From Lama glama (taxonomy: Eukaryota), in the NCBI GenBank assembly GCA_028534125.1, contig CM052816.1:49540001-49604000 (forward strand): 64,000 nucleotides of DNA. Direction: 5' to 3'. Below are positions 1 through 11,960 of this stretch, one piece after another. Both the position numbers and the translations under genes were made by a program. Under the pieces are notes generated by a model that did no database searches, had not been told where the DNA came from, and saw only the letters and a list, made by a program, of their open reading frames with translations. Every line of letters begins with the position of its first letter. Position 1 is the stretch's first letter.

Positions 1-299
1 TTCCTGATGGGGGACCTAATGGGTCCACTAGTGTATCTTCTACAATATGTTACTTAGAAGGCAGAAAAAGTTTGTTTTTAATTATTTTTTGTTAGTCACT
101 GGGGTGTTAAAATGACATCCCTTATGATGGATAGTCAGGATGTGTCTGGCAGAGTATAGAATTCATGTATTAAGGTTTTCATTTTCCTCAGTATAATTCA
201 GTGCTTAAGTAGTTTCTTAACTTGCAAGTTGGAAGTGTCTGAAATGATTGCTAATAACTTTAGAAAAGCTATTTGTTTCTCAGAAAGAAATAACATCAG

Positions 300-640
300 A
301 AAGAATAACCTAGAGAGGTAGAAGGATGGAAAGATAAAAGGGAGTGAATGCTACCAAGAGAAAAGTATGCTAAGAATCAGAGTGGTCACAGCTATGTTAG
401 TTGCCGACAGGAAGTCAGGTAAGGAATGAACTGAGGAACACCCACTAGATTCACAGCCAAGTGGTCCTGGGGTCTTTCAGGGGCGATAAACTGCAAACGG
501 ACAACGGCTTACAAGGAGTGAAGAGGTGATCGAATGAATCACAGGGAAGGAAGTGTATTTGACAATCTGAGTGTGTGTTGGTGCTGATCAGAATTAGCTT
601 ACGAAGAGCAGACTGAAAGAACTTAGAACTAGAGTCTAGC
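300..640 (-). mobile_element. Degenerate L2 LINE fragment
   Basis: agagtggtcacagc...gaagtcaggtaaggaatgaactgagg resembles the antisense L2 RT region. Confidence 0.5.
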
Positions 641-1084
641 ATCTCTCACCAGTGAGAAGGTGGGAAAAATATGTTCTAGAAATAAGACGTAGTATAGAAA
701 ATTCAAGCAGCAATTTGTCTTCCTGACTAAACTCTTTTGTTAATTGAAAGGAAGAAAAATTTAATGAAATGCTCTGTTATTGCTAATGGCTAAGTTTAAG
801 TAAATTTATTTAGATAAAGGAACAGAAGTATGTAACATTAAAACCAAAAGCCAACCTTACATTGTAGGACTTTATTTATTTACTTGTTTGTTTGCTTGTC
901 TTTATGTGCCCTGGTCCCTTTAGAGATCTAGAGGATGTAAACTGTTGAATGTAGCAGTTTGCCTAGAAAAAAACAAAAATATTATTAAAAAGTGGCATTC
1001 CAGGTTGGTGGCAGGGATGTTTCAGTCACAGTGGCCAAGCCTTGATCTGCATTTCTTAACTCTATACATTTCAAATTTATTGGT

Positions 1085-3260
1085 CCGTTCAGTCATTCGA
1101 CTTTCATTTTGAAATTAGATAATATTCTAGACCATCTATTATATGTAGACTGGTTCTGAGTAATGAATATAGCAGAAAAAATTCCTACCTTTGTGAGGAT
1201 TCATTCTAGTGGAAAATAAAGACAGTAAATAAAATATTTAAGTAAAATTAGTAGTATGATAGATAAGTATTATAAAGGAAATGCCCAGATTTGGGGACAA
1301 GGAACATAAACATTAAGTTTAGTAGTCATGGGAGGCCTTTGGGAAGGTAATATATGAGTAAAGACCTAAATAAGGTAAGCATACAAGGCCATCTCACGTT
1401 GGGAGAAAGAGCATTCCAAGCAGAGGGAAGTGTTTTAGAGGCAAAAATTCAGAGGTAAATGTATGGCTGAAATATTTGAGAAACAGCAAGGAGGACTTGG
1501 ACTGTAGCAAAGATGCTGGGAAGTCATTGGACTGTGGTTGAAATTTAGTTGGTAGGTGTACTCATGTGATTTATAGTCAGAAGTATATATTTGACATTTG
1601 TCCTATTTCTGGTATAGACCTAGGAATTTCCTATGATAAGAGCAATGAAAATATTTTTTTTTCTGTTATTGGGGTGACTTTTGGCAAACCTTATGTAACC
1701 AAAATATGGAGGCTGATTGCCATGGGAACCAACCACCTGATTAGAGGGTTAGAGCTTTCACGTACCCCACTTCCAAGAGGGGAGGGTGCTGGAGGTTGAA
1801 TCAGTTGCCAGTGGCCAATGATTTAATCAATGCCTGTCTATGTAATCAAGCCTTTATTAAAACCCAAAAGTTCGAAGAGGTTCTGAGTTGGTGAACATGT
1901 GGAAATTTAGGTGAGAGTGGTACACTCTGTGAGATCATGGAAGCTCCACCCTTTTCCCCATACCTTGCCTTATGCATCTCTTCCATCTGGCTTTTCTGAG
2001 ATAGAGCCTTTTATAATAAAATGGAAATGTAGTAAGAAAAGCGTTTGTCTGAGTTCTGTGAGCCACTCTAGCAAATTAATTTAACCCAAAGAAGGGACTG
2101 TAGGAACCTCCAACCTGTAATAGCCAGTCAGTTTAAAACACAGGTGACAACCTGGACTTGTGACTGGCATCTGAAGTATATTGGGCAGGGACTGTCTGTT
2201 AGGACTGAACCCTTAACCTGTGGATCTGTTGTTATTTCTGGGTAGATAGTGTAAGAATTGAGTTGAATTTTAGGACACTCAGCTGGTGTCTGAGAATTGC
2301 TAGTTGGTATGGGAAAACCAGCACCCCACCTCTACACACATGTTGGAGTGGGATGTTAGAATCATTTTAGTAGGTTTTGGTCCAGTCTTGTTAGGTTGAT
2401 ACTGGCATCTATTTCCATCTGTCAGGACTGCATTATTTTCCCTGCTAAAGTTTTTGAATATCATCCTTACCATGAGAATTTCAAGCAGAGAGGTAACATG
2501 ATCTGACATGTTTTAACAAAATCACTCTTGCTGACATGTGAGAAAATACTGAATGGGGCAGGGGTGAAAGTAAAGAAACCAGTTAGGTTATTGCAATAAT
2601 CCAGACAAAAGATGATTATGGATTGATCTTGACTGTTTGCAGTAGAGGGATGAGTTGTAGTCAAATTCTGGATGTAATTTGAAGATGGAGCCAACAGGAA
2701 CTGCTGACAGAGAGGATGTGGATATGAGAGAAAGTAATGAGTCATGAATGCCTCTAAGGCTTTTGACCTGAGCACCTGGAAGAATGAATTGATATTAACT
2801 GTGATGAGAAAGACAGAGGAGAGGTAGGTTTGAGGAAGATGATCAGGAGCTTGGACATGTTAAATTTAAGATGCCCATTAGTCATCCAAGTGAGTTTGTA
2901 ATTATGTATCTGGAGGATAATGGGATGTATCAGGCTGGAGGTAAAAAATGTTAAGTCATTAGTCTGTAGGTTGTATTCAAAGCCAGGAGATTGGATGAAA
3001 TCACAAAGGGAGTGAGTACAGACTAAAAAGACAGGAAGTCCAAGGACTGAGCCCTGCAGCACTCTAAAATTAAGAGTTAGGGAGGAAGAGGAGGTGCCTG
3101 CAAAGAAGAAATGGCCAGAGAAGTAGTAGAGAAACCAGAGGAAAGAAATGTATTGGAAACCCAAGTGAAGAGAATAGTTTATAGAGGAGGCAGTGCTCAG
3201 CTTTGTCAAAGGTTGCTGTCTGGTCAAGTAAGATGAAGACTAAGACTTGACAGTTGCACG
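1085..3260 (-). mobile_element. L2 LINE (3' end to RT domain), interrupted by a MER21-type LTR
   Basis: Antisense L2 tail near 1085-1240. Minus-strand ORFs show decayed RT motifs: FILLDQTATFDKAEH (LDLSAAFDTVDH-like) and VLQGSVLGLPVFLVCTHSL...YNLQTND (PQGSVLGP...YADD-like). Confidence 0.85.
1565..2345. mobile_element. MER21-like LTR inserted into L2
   Basis: Starts tgtgatt. Carries MER21-like blocks accaaccacctgattagagggtt, ccaatgatttaatcaat, gagttctgtgagccactctagcaaatt and ggtagatagtgtaagaattgagttgaatt. Right boundary uncertain. Confidence 0.75.
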
Positions 3261-3963
3261 AAGTCATGTTTTCTGTTTTAAGGGTTCACTTCGTTTTCCC
3301 ATATGACCGTGTAGAAATCAGGCCTCTGTGTGTGTCCTAGATTCAGACATTGTTGCATTTTGATCCCCACTTAACTAAGTCTGTGTAATTTTATGGATTA
3401 ATGTAAAAATTCATCCTGAATTCCAAACAATATTGGAAATCATTTTGACACATATTTCCATGGTGATCTGACCTCCAAATTTAATATCCCACTATTTAGA
3501 ATCTGAAAAGCAACATTGTTGTTTTCTTCATTTTTGTTGAACTCAGTTCTTCTAATGATGATCTATGTAAAGATACGCCACGGACAAGACCAACACCCTT
3601 GAAAGTCAAACACCAACATCTTAGATTCTTAATAAGAAATTTTGCTTTGAAAATAATCTCACATATCGTGTTACATCCAAAACTAAGCTTGTATAAAGGA
3701 TCAAAATAGCACATTTTTCTTCAGAGTAGTTTACAATGCATACCTTACAGAAATAAGGCATGTTGATAAACACAGGCTTAAAATCAGTAGAACTCTGCAA
3801 TTTATAAAACGTATGCATATATTACATCATTCAAAAATATTATGTAAATGATCACCAACCAGAAGTATCTATGTCTCCTATTATGTGGCTGCCTTCCTCT
3901 GTCATTATCAGGGATGGTCTGCAGTCATAGACATCTTAGGTAGTCATCTTTTAGAGGAATACC

Positions 3964-4508
3964 TGCTGGGGCCCAGAATAGGCTGCCCCAAAATAGGCCT
4001 CAATGGCATATTGATTATTCAGAATTAAAGTTATTTAAGAAATGGCCAATGCAAGAGTGACACTCTGACCCTCCTCTTTGTCTCCCTGAAAGCAGGAAAT
4101 AATTTCTCTCATGTGGAAGGTGTACTCCTTGGATCTAAAGTTAGAAGGACATCCTTATCATCAAAGATAGGGAATTTGAGCTGAGAAGCCTACATAAACA
4201 AACCTTGTTACTTCTTTAATTTACTACCTCAAGTCCAAACTCTGTTTAGATTCTTCACTAATAGGACACCCAAAACCTAAGTTTCTTTGTCCTGTCAGTT
4301 CCTTACAAATTTATTGGGGTTTTTTTGTCTAAAAATATAAAACCTGCCTGCTTTAGCCATTTCGTAGGTCCTATTCCTATGGGACCTCTATGTGCATGAA
4401 TTAAAATTTTTTTTCCTCTCCTGTTACTCTGTCTTATGACATATTTATTATTAGTCCAGCCACAAGAGCTCAAGAGAGGTAGAGGAGGAAATTTTCCCCT
4501 CCCCAACA
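3964..4508 (+). mobile_element. Solo ERV1-class LTR, MER34-like (545 bp)
   Basis: TG...CA termini with a 4-bp TSD TACC at 3960-3963 and 4509-4512. MER34-like start (cccagaataggctgccccaaaat...ggcatattgattatt) and end (ggaaattttcccctccccaaca). Confidence 0.85.
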
Positions 4509-5989
4509 TACCAATAAAATGTTATCTATACCATGAAATAGGGTTCTTACAGTCCTCCTTATGCGTATGCACTGAGATGCTGGGCAGGGTGTAAAAGGTG
4601 GACAGAGTTCCCAGAGTTCAGCCTCAAGCCCCAGTGGGGAGAGCAGGCACTGCGTGTGGGGCTGCCTCACTGGGAACCCTGCCTGATGACTAGCTGAACA
4701 CCAGCCTAACTAATCCTACGCTGAAGTGCAGAGCCTTGTCCTGTGGGGACAGGAGAAACAGAATGTTCAGAGAAAGTGTATCCAAAATCTTCAGGGAGAA
4801 CAAATAGATTCTACACGATTCTGTGTATTCTCTTGTCCTATTTGACCTAGTAGGTTATAAAATATACCAAAATGACAATCAAGAGTCCCTCGTACAAAGA
4901 ATCCAACTAAATGTATCATGTTGTGGATCTCTGGCTTATGTTTATCAAAATCAAAAAAGCAAGCATGCTAGGAATAGATGCTAAATGCATTGTCTTGATC
5001 CAGAGCATGGCTGCCTGCTGAACTCCTTCAATTCGGGCTTGATAAGACCTTAAGGACAGCCTGTCAGCCTGTACTACAAGCTTTATTGCTGAATCATCTT
5101 TTTTGTACTTTACAGAGTATTTTATTTATTTCTGTTTTCCATTAATAAATCTTCTCTTCCTTTTTGTGGCTATCTATGTCTTTCTCTTCTAAATCTGGGG
5201 CAGACTGTTACTACTTATTGTCCTTTCCTTCTAAAAGTATGGAATGGAAGGAGTGTTGCAAGCTAAAACACATCAGTTTTTGTGAAAATACATGATATCA
5301 CAGAATTAAAAACATTTTTAATATCCTAAACTGCAGCCTACTGCCTGTGCTTCTCTCTGGAGAGCTTGACTCACAAAGCCCAGCGCGAGAATATTTATGC
5401 AGTCTGACTACAGAGTTTGAGGTAAGCCTAAAGCTAAAACAAGAATTTAAAAGATACGGAATTTTGAAAAAGAATTTAAAGATACAGGAGAAGAGCTTCA
5501 TTTAGGTAAATGCACGGTAAACATTCCCACGGAACCATATAGGTTGAGATTCTGGCTGCCAGCAATGATGTTCAAACAGGTAAAAAGAAGTCCATGCGTA
5601 ATAGTGTTCCAGTTCTGTGTGCTGTGTGTCTCCGCATTTCCATATGTAGAATTGGCGCTGAAATTAATCAGTGCCACTGGATCCCTCATGCCACTGACGG
5701 AACAGTCACCCTGACACTTTCCCTGTAAAGGCTTTCTATCTGAGGCCTCCACAGTCCATCAGTCCCCTTCATTAAATCCATGGCGAAAGCAGCAGCTTTC
5801 ATTGAAAGTGCAGTAATGCATACCAAGTGGGTCCAACATCTTAGTAGCTCCACGTGGAATTTATTTTCAACAACCTGGAAGCCTCAGTCTAACGTAAGAT
5901 TATCTTTTCATGGTGTTCCTTTTATGAATCTATTTTGTCTCAGGTAATATGAACCACATTTTTTTTTAATATTTGTAAAGACAAAGTGT

Positions 5990-6090
5990 TTTGTTTCATT
6001 CAACTGGCCATTTATTGCGTACCTACTATATGCCTGACACTGTGCCAGGTGCAAAGGGCGCCAAGTCCCTAGACATGGTCCTTGCTTCGT
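5990..6090 (-). mobile_element. L2 3'-end fragment
   Basis: ttcattcaac...atttattgcgtacctactatatgcctgacactgtgccagg. Confidence 0.65.
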
Positions 6091-6959
6091 AACCAGTGAT
6101 GCTTTTTTATTATGTATCAGTAGTTCTCAGTTGGCTTCAAATTAACAAATGTATACATAGGCAAAGTAGCATTTGAAGGCTAAGTTCACATACACACACA
6201 CTATTATTTTTTTTTTGGAAAGTGGGATTAGAATGTTTTAAATTTAGTTTACTTGATTAATAGTAGCATTTGTCATTAAGATTTCTCTCAATCAGTGAGC
6301 CCCAAAGTACAATTTAGATTATGTGAGAATTGATCTTTTGACATTTAAAAGGAGCCTGCTTATTGAGAAATGATCAAATTCATTGTTACACAGACTACAC
6401 ATATAGTTCGACTGTACTTTCATCACAGTGCTGTTTAATAGATTCACTTACAGGTGTCTTTCGAAACGCTCGTAGATATCGACTTTTTTGTGACAGCTGT
6501 TTGGTTTGTTTGTTAAACTAAATTTCAACCCATCACAGAGCTTTCTCTGGTACACAGAGTGTCACTGAAAATAATAGTTTTTATAGATTTTTCCCTGTTG
6601 TCTTCTGGATGGTAACTGATACTTAGCTACAAATCAAAAGCTACATCTTTCAGGAGCGGATGGGGCAGCTTTTTCTTTGTTGTGCTGGAAACAAAGGTAG
6701 CGTTATAGCAATAAGCTGTGGTATCTGTCTCTTTGGTCTGAATTCCTTAAGATCTTTTTTTTTTTTAATTTTATTGCATTGTTCTCAATTACGCTGTCAG
6801 GACAAAACTTGTAGAAGTTGAAAGTATTATTATATCAGGCAGAAACATTTCTTAGTCAAAAGCAACAAAAGAGAAAAAGCTACCATGTAACCCTAAGACT
6901 ACTTTCTATGATAATGTCCATCTAATTAGATTGGTTACAATCAATTCTTAAAGCAAGTG

Positions 6960-7600
6960 GTTTTTGAACATAATAGTGGCACTGTGTACCATTCCAGGTG
7001 CTGGTGGTAAAGTGATGAAGGATAGGCATTTGTCCTCGAGGGTACTGTAGTCCAGTGGGGAAGGAGCAGTATGCAGGACAGGTGCATGGGTGTGGTAGCA
7101 ATGTCGTAAGGATCATGCCATGTGGTTTCTGAGAGGAGTTCTCTCCCCAGAAGTTGATGTGGAAGGAGGGCAGGAAAAGTGGCACCGACTTGGGAAGGTC
7201 AGTCTGTAGTTCAGAGATGAAGACTGAAAAATGTAGGAGTGAGGATTCTTGGCAAGGGAGTGTCAAAAATGCAGAGGTGTGATGATGGTGGTGGGAGTGG
7301 ACATGAAGGGAGGGAGTAGATTCCAAGCTGTTTTAGGAGGTAGAACATGAGGAGGACTTGGTGGTCATAGTTTGGATGCTCAGGATAAGGGAGGAAAGAG
7401 CTCTTGTACATGGTCCTGTCTTGTGCAACTGGATGAGTGGTTACCCTTTTCATTGAAGGCTTTGGGGATAGTTAGAGGGGGCATATGTTCAATTTTAAAT
7501 ATAATAAACTTGTGGTGCTGTAGAGATATATGAATTGGGATAACCAGTTGGCAAAAAAATACAAAAAGAAACAATGACCAGAGAAGTAGCAAGAAGACTA
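6960..7600 (-). mobile_element. Degenerate L2 fragment
   Basis: Purine-rich antisense L2-like text, e.g. tgtcttgtgcaactggatgagtggttaccctttt. Confidence 0.55.
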
Positions 7601-8529
7601 GGATTAAGTGCTGGGAAGTGAGGAATATATGTAAAAGGTGTTTCCTGAATAGATAATGCTTTGTGTTGCTCAGTAATAATGAGAAAGATCTGTGAATTGC
7701 AACTAGTAATTCATCACGGTCAGAAATGTGGACAGGAATTTAATTCTAAATAATTGAGAGTTTTCTTTTAAAATGAATGGTATACCTCTGAAGGATTTGA
7801 AGCTGTAACCTGGTTTACTTTAAAATAGCCTTTGAAGGAAAACCTGGGGTCCTACTTAGCTATAAAAATAGATGTCCTTAAAGTACAGATAACTCAGCAA
7901 ATTGGAGTTATCTCAGTTTGTTCTCAAGGAAGAAAAGTGGAGTTAGGATGAAGAAAATTGTTTATTTAAAAAGAGCAGTCAACCATGATCACAGCAGTTT
8001 CTAACTCTTAGAGCATAAACATGAATAGTAAACTGATCGTACAGTTATTATAATGATTATCATCATGATGTTATGATTACTGTATCAGCAGCAGCCACTT
8101 TTTAACTACCCACATGAGAGGGCATAATTGGGAAGAAACTGTAGCCCCGCTTAGTGGGCATTTATAGTCACCTCTTTAATATAGTTCCTGTAGTCCGTTT
8201 TGGCTCTTACAAATGAATCCTGAACATACCAGCCCAGTACAGAATTTCATCTGGTTATTTCTTTCTGTCACAGTGACACGTAGGTTAAAAAAAGAAGAAG
8301 GAAAATAAATAGACACCGTTTATTTGTACCCTTTTATTTTTCCTACGTGACATTTGATGAGGTAATCCTAGGGAAAATTCATTGATAAAATATAATCAAT
8401 ATATACTTGTTCTTCAAAAAAAGTATGAAACAGACTGAAAAATACGGAGAATAAGTCATTTAATGTCATTGTTGGATACTTAACTACACGTGCCAGTTTC
8501 CTCAATTTAAAGAGAAAAAAACTGAACAG

Positions 8530-9335
8530 TAATCAGGAGAATGTGAACTAAAACAATAAAGAGCCGATATCATACCTATCAACTTGCGGAGAATTAACAG
8601 TCCAACAGCACCAAGTGTTGGCAGGAGTGTGGAGTCGTAGAGACACACCTTGATGGTGGGGATACGCAGAGGTGCCACTGCTTTGTGGAGAAACTCGAAA
8701 ATAGTTTAGTCGATGCATATCATTTGACCCAGCAACTCTGCCTCTGGATATATATCTGAAAGACATTTTTGCACAGTGTATAAGGAGAAACATACTAAAA
8801 TACCAAAAAAAAAAAACTGGAAAAAGCTAAATCCTAAATATCCATCCACAGGAGAATGGGTAAATCAATTTTGGTATATTTATACGATAGAATACAATAA
8901 AACAGTTAAAATGTGTGAATTGGAGTTTTGTGGATAAACATGGATAGATTTCAAAAACACAGTTTTAAGAAAGAAAGGAGATTGTGGAAGAGTCCATTTA
9001 GTATAATATGATATGTAAAGTTTAGAGAGTAAAATCAAACTCTAGATTTGTGTGGATCCATGCTTTGGTAGCAGAAGTATAAATCATGTATTTAAATGAT
9101 AAATATAAAAATTATATTACTGGTTTCCTCTTTTGAATGAGCAAAGGAAAGAAATGGAATCAAGGAGGGGTGACTAGGGACTTAACACCATGTCTTTATT
9201 GCTTTGCTTCTTAAAAAGAAGTGAAACAGAAGCCAGTGTTAAAATTTGGCAAAATTAGGTGGTAGATAGATACATGGATGTTGATTATATATTAATCACA
9301 CTTTTCTGTTTTCTTGAAATATTTTGTAACTTTGA
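8530..9335 (+). mobile_element. Old L1 (L1ME-type) ORF2 end and 3' UTR
   Basis: ccaagtgttggcagg, tttgacccagcaactctgcctctggatatatatc, cctaaatatccatccacaggagaatgggtaaat. Confidence 0.75.
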
Positions 9336-9974
9336 AAAACAAGAACTTGGACTGCCTGAGATTACAGGTTATTATAAGGGGTGCGGGGACTGGAGAGCAC
9401 CTGGTTGTCATAACCAGAAGAGAACAAGCCAGAGTCAGTCCTGTACACACAACCGCCCATGCGGGGAAGACCGGGCCACTCCCACACTGTGATCACAGAT
9501 GTCGCTCACAAATCTTATGAACGGTGAACATTTTTAACCACTGATTCGGTACTTTGCTGAGTGTTGTATGTTGGTTGTGGCATTAGAATAAGATGAAAAC
9601 AAAAGTCATGTTTAAGTGAGACCTGAAGTGATTTTAGTGAACTGTCCATTACTGAAAGGGAACGTGGTTTACAAAAGGCATTAAAAGACAGATGAACAGT
9701 GTGTTTGGGGGATTAAGTGATGTCATACAAGATAGACCCCATCCTCTTATTTGTAGTCAACTTTTATTTCCACTTTAAACTGATTTAGATGGTAGCCTAT
9801 GTATAAAAATAGCACAACTCCTGAAGAACTTGAATGTTACTGACCACAGTAAAGGTAAGATACAGAATCCAGTGAGAATAAAATGGTAAGAAAAAAGTAA
9901 CATACTACACTTCAGAAAGCTCACCAAATCTATTAACTAGATCATGGAAAGTTAGCAGTTGGTGACGAGAGTGG

Positions 9975-10190
9975 TCATTTATTGACCACTTACAAAGTGC
10001 CAGCCACTGTGCTAAGGGCTTTGCAAACCTGAACTCATTTATCTCTCACAATGACCCTGTGAGTTGAGTCCTTAGATTTTTTTTTTCTTTATGGAAAAGA
10101 TGACCAAAGTATACATGTTAAGCCGTTTTCCCAAATTCACAAAATTAGTGTATAATGAGGACAGGATTCCAGGGCTCACATGTGTAACCA
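9975..10190 (-). mobile_element. MIR SINE
   Basis: atttattgaccacttac...cactgtgctaagggcttt...ctcatttatctctcacaatgaccctgtgag. Confidence 0.7.
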
Positions 10191-11749
10191 CAATGCAGTG
10201 TGAGAGCAGTACTGTAAAAAAGTGGTAGTAGAAATATATTTGCAGATAATAGCTCACAAGCCAAGAAAAGGCAACATCATTATTTAATAGTCACAATACT
10301 ACTGTTTACCAAGAGAAACTCATACAGACAAGTGCAATGACAGTGAAGAAGAAGCAGGGCTATTAGAATGTACTAGTGGAACAGCAGCTACCATTAAATG
10401 AATGCTTGCTGGATGATCATTATCTTATTTAATGATAGCAATATTCAGGAGGTGAAACTGAGCCCTGGAGAAATTAATGGATCGATTCACGATTGTACTT
10501 CTCATACTCTGTAGCTACATCTGTACGTAGGTCTGTGGCCCCCAGATCCGGGTCTTTGTACCACATCACGTTCCATTTGGGCATTCACATTCTTACCAGG
10601 TCTGGTAGGATTCTTGGGAATTGCTATTATTACCCATCATGACCTTTCTCAGTGATAACCCTTACTACCCAGTACCCAGTAGAGGTGAAGGAAAGGGAAG
10701 AGCAAAGGGGGACATGAGTCCTGGATGCCACAAGGAAACAGTTCTTTGCTAGGCATTTTGTAGAGAGTGAAGAGACAAAACATTATATTTGGCCTTTCTC
10801 TGACTCAGCCACTGTCCTTCTGTGATACAAGTCATGTGGGAAGAATGAAGAGCAATGTGGCCAAAGCGTCAGGCACCATAAAGCAGTGGAAATGTGCAGC
10901 TTTTGGTTTTCTGTGAAAACTGGACAGCATCAAATCTTGAGCAGTGGTACATTAAATAGCAGGAATGAGACCCTGGGGATTAAGTACTGACATATCAGTC
11001 CACTGGCAATAAAGGAATGCTTGCTTTAGTGCAGAATTCCTGGGTGTCTGGGGAGAATGTGCAGCAGTGGAGTCGTCAAAGAGTTTTGGAATGGGAGCTG
11101 GAAAAAAGAAGGTGTCAGCAGAGATGGCGGGATAAATATCTGAAAGAAGCTTCAGTCCCGTGATTTTGCTGTGGGCAGCAGGTCACAAGAGTAACAAGGA
11201 GGTAAAGATGGACCAGTGGCAAAGGCAGAGATCCTTGCAGACCAAAGCATCTATCCAAAAGCAGAACTGGAGAGGCAGTGTTGCAAACAGCAAAGCGTTC
11301 TGCAAATAGTAGCTTTGACTGCAAATTCAAAAAGGTACAATTTTAAGATATGCACAATATAGCATCATCTCTTCAAAAAGCATCAGCCATTATCGGTTTA
11401 ACAGGACAGTGTTAATAACCTTTGTAAATGCCATTGCATACAGATAAAGAATGCATATGTGGAATGTAAATTACAGTGTTTATGCTAATCTATATGGCAG
11501 GATTCCTTAAGGAAAATATAAGAAAACAATTTTTAGCATGTCAGTGGGCTGCTGAAGAAACTTCTCAAGGGAGAAGATTGGCTTTCTTTAATTGATTGGG
11601 TTTACTAATGTTACAACAACCTTTTGATGTGATTGTTCCACATATATTTAAAATATTCCTCCTCACTGGAGGGAGCTAGACTTAATAATCTTTATTATGG
11701 TGCAGGATTTGAATAATTTTTCTTTCACCGAAAGAAGGGAAGAAGGGAA

Positions 11750-11960
11750 TTTATAGCCACTGAATGCCTGTTATGCACTAGGCCTTGTGCTACTTGATTT
11801 ACATACATTATTCTGTTATCCCCAGTTAAGCCTCTCAGTGTAAGAATGGAAGAGAAATCGAGGCAGAGGTTTTCCCAAGGTGGCAAGGCTGAAAGTAGTA
11901 GTTCTGGGATGTGAAAGAGGTTGATCTGTCTCTTAGAGCCTGCAGCCTTGTTTTATGGAA
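11750..11960 (-). mobile_element. MIR SINE
   Basis: Antisense MIR tail and core (tgaatgcctgttatgcactagg...gagaaatcgaggcagag...cccaaggtggc). Confidence 0.55.

Noticed and set aside
2467..3267. Reverse-transcriptase-like ORFs suggesting an active RT or retron-like system
   Set aside because: Frameshifted L2 fossil with the YADD motif decayed (QTND); an ordinary ancient repeat.
4560..5215. Possible ancient LTR (similar impression at about 29470-30085 and 61040-61520)
   Set aside because: Only an AATAAA or a general LTR-like look; I could not establish termini, TSD or family by eye.
5498..5870. 84-aa minus-strand ORF in a slightly GC-richer unique block
   Set aside because: No recognisable protein similarity or splice signals; I cannot support it as coding or as a pseudogene.
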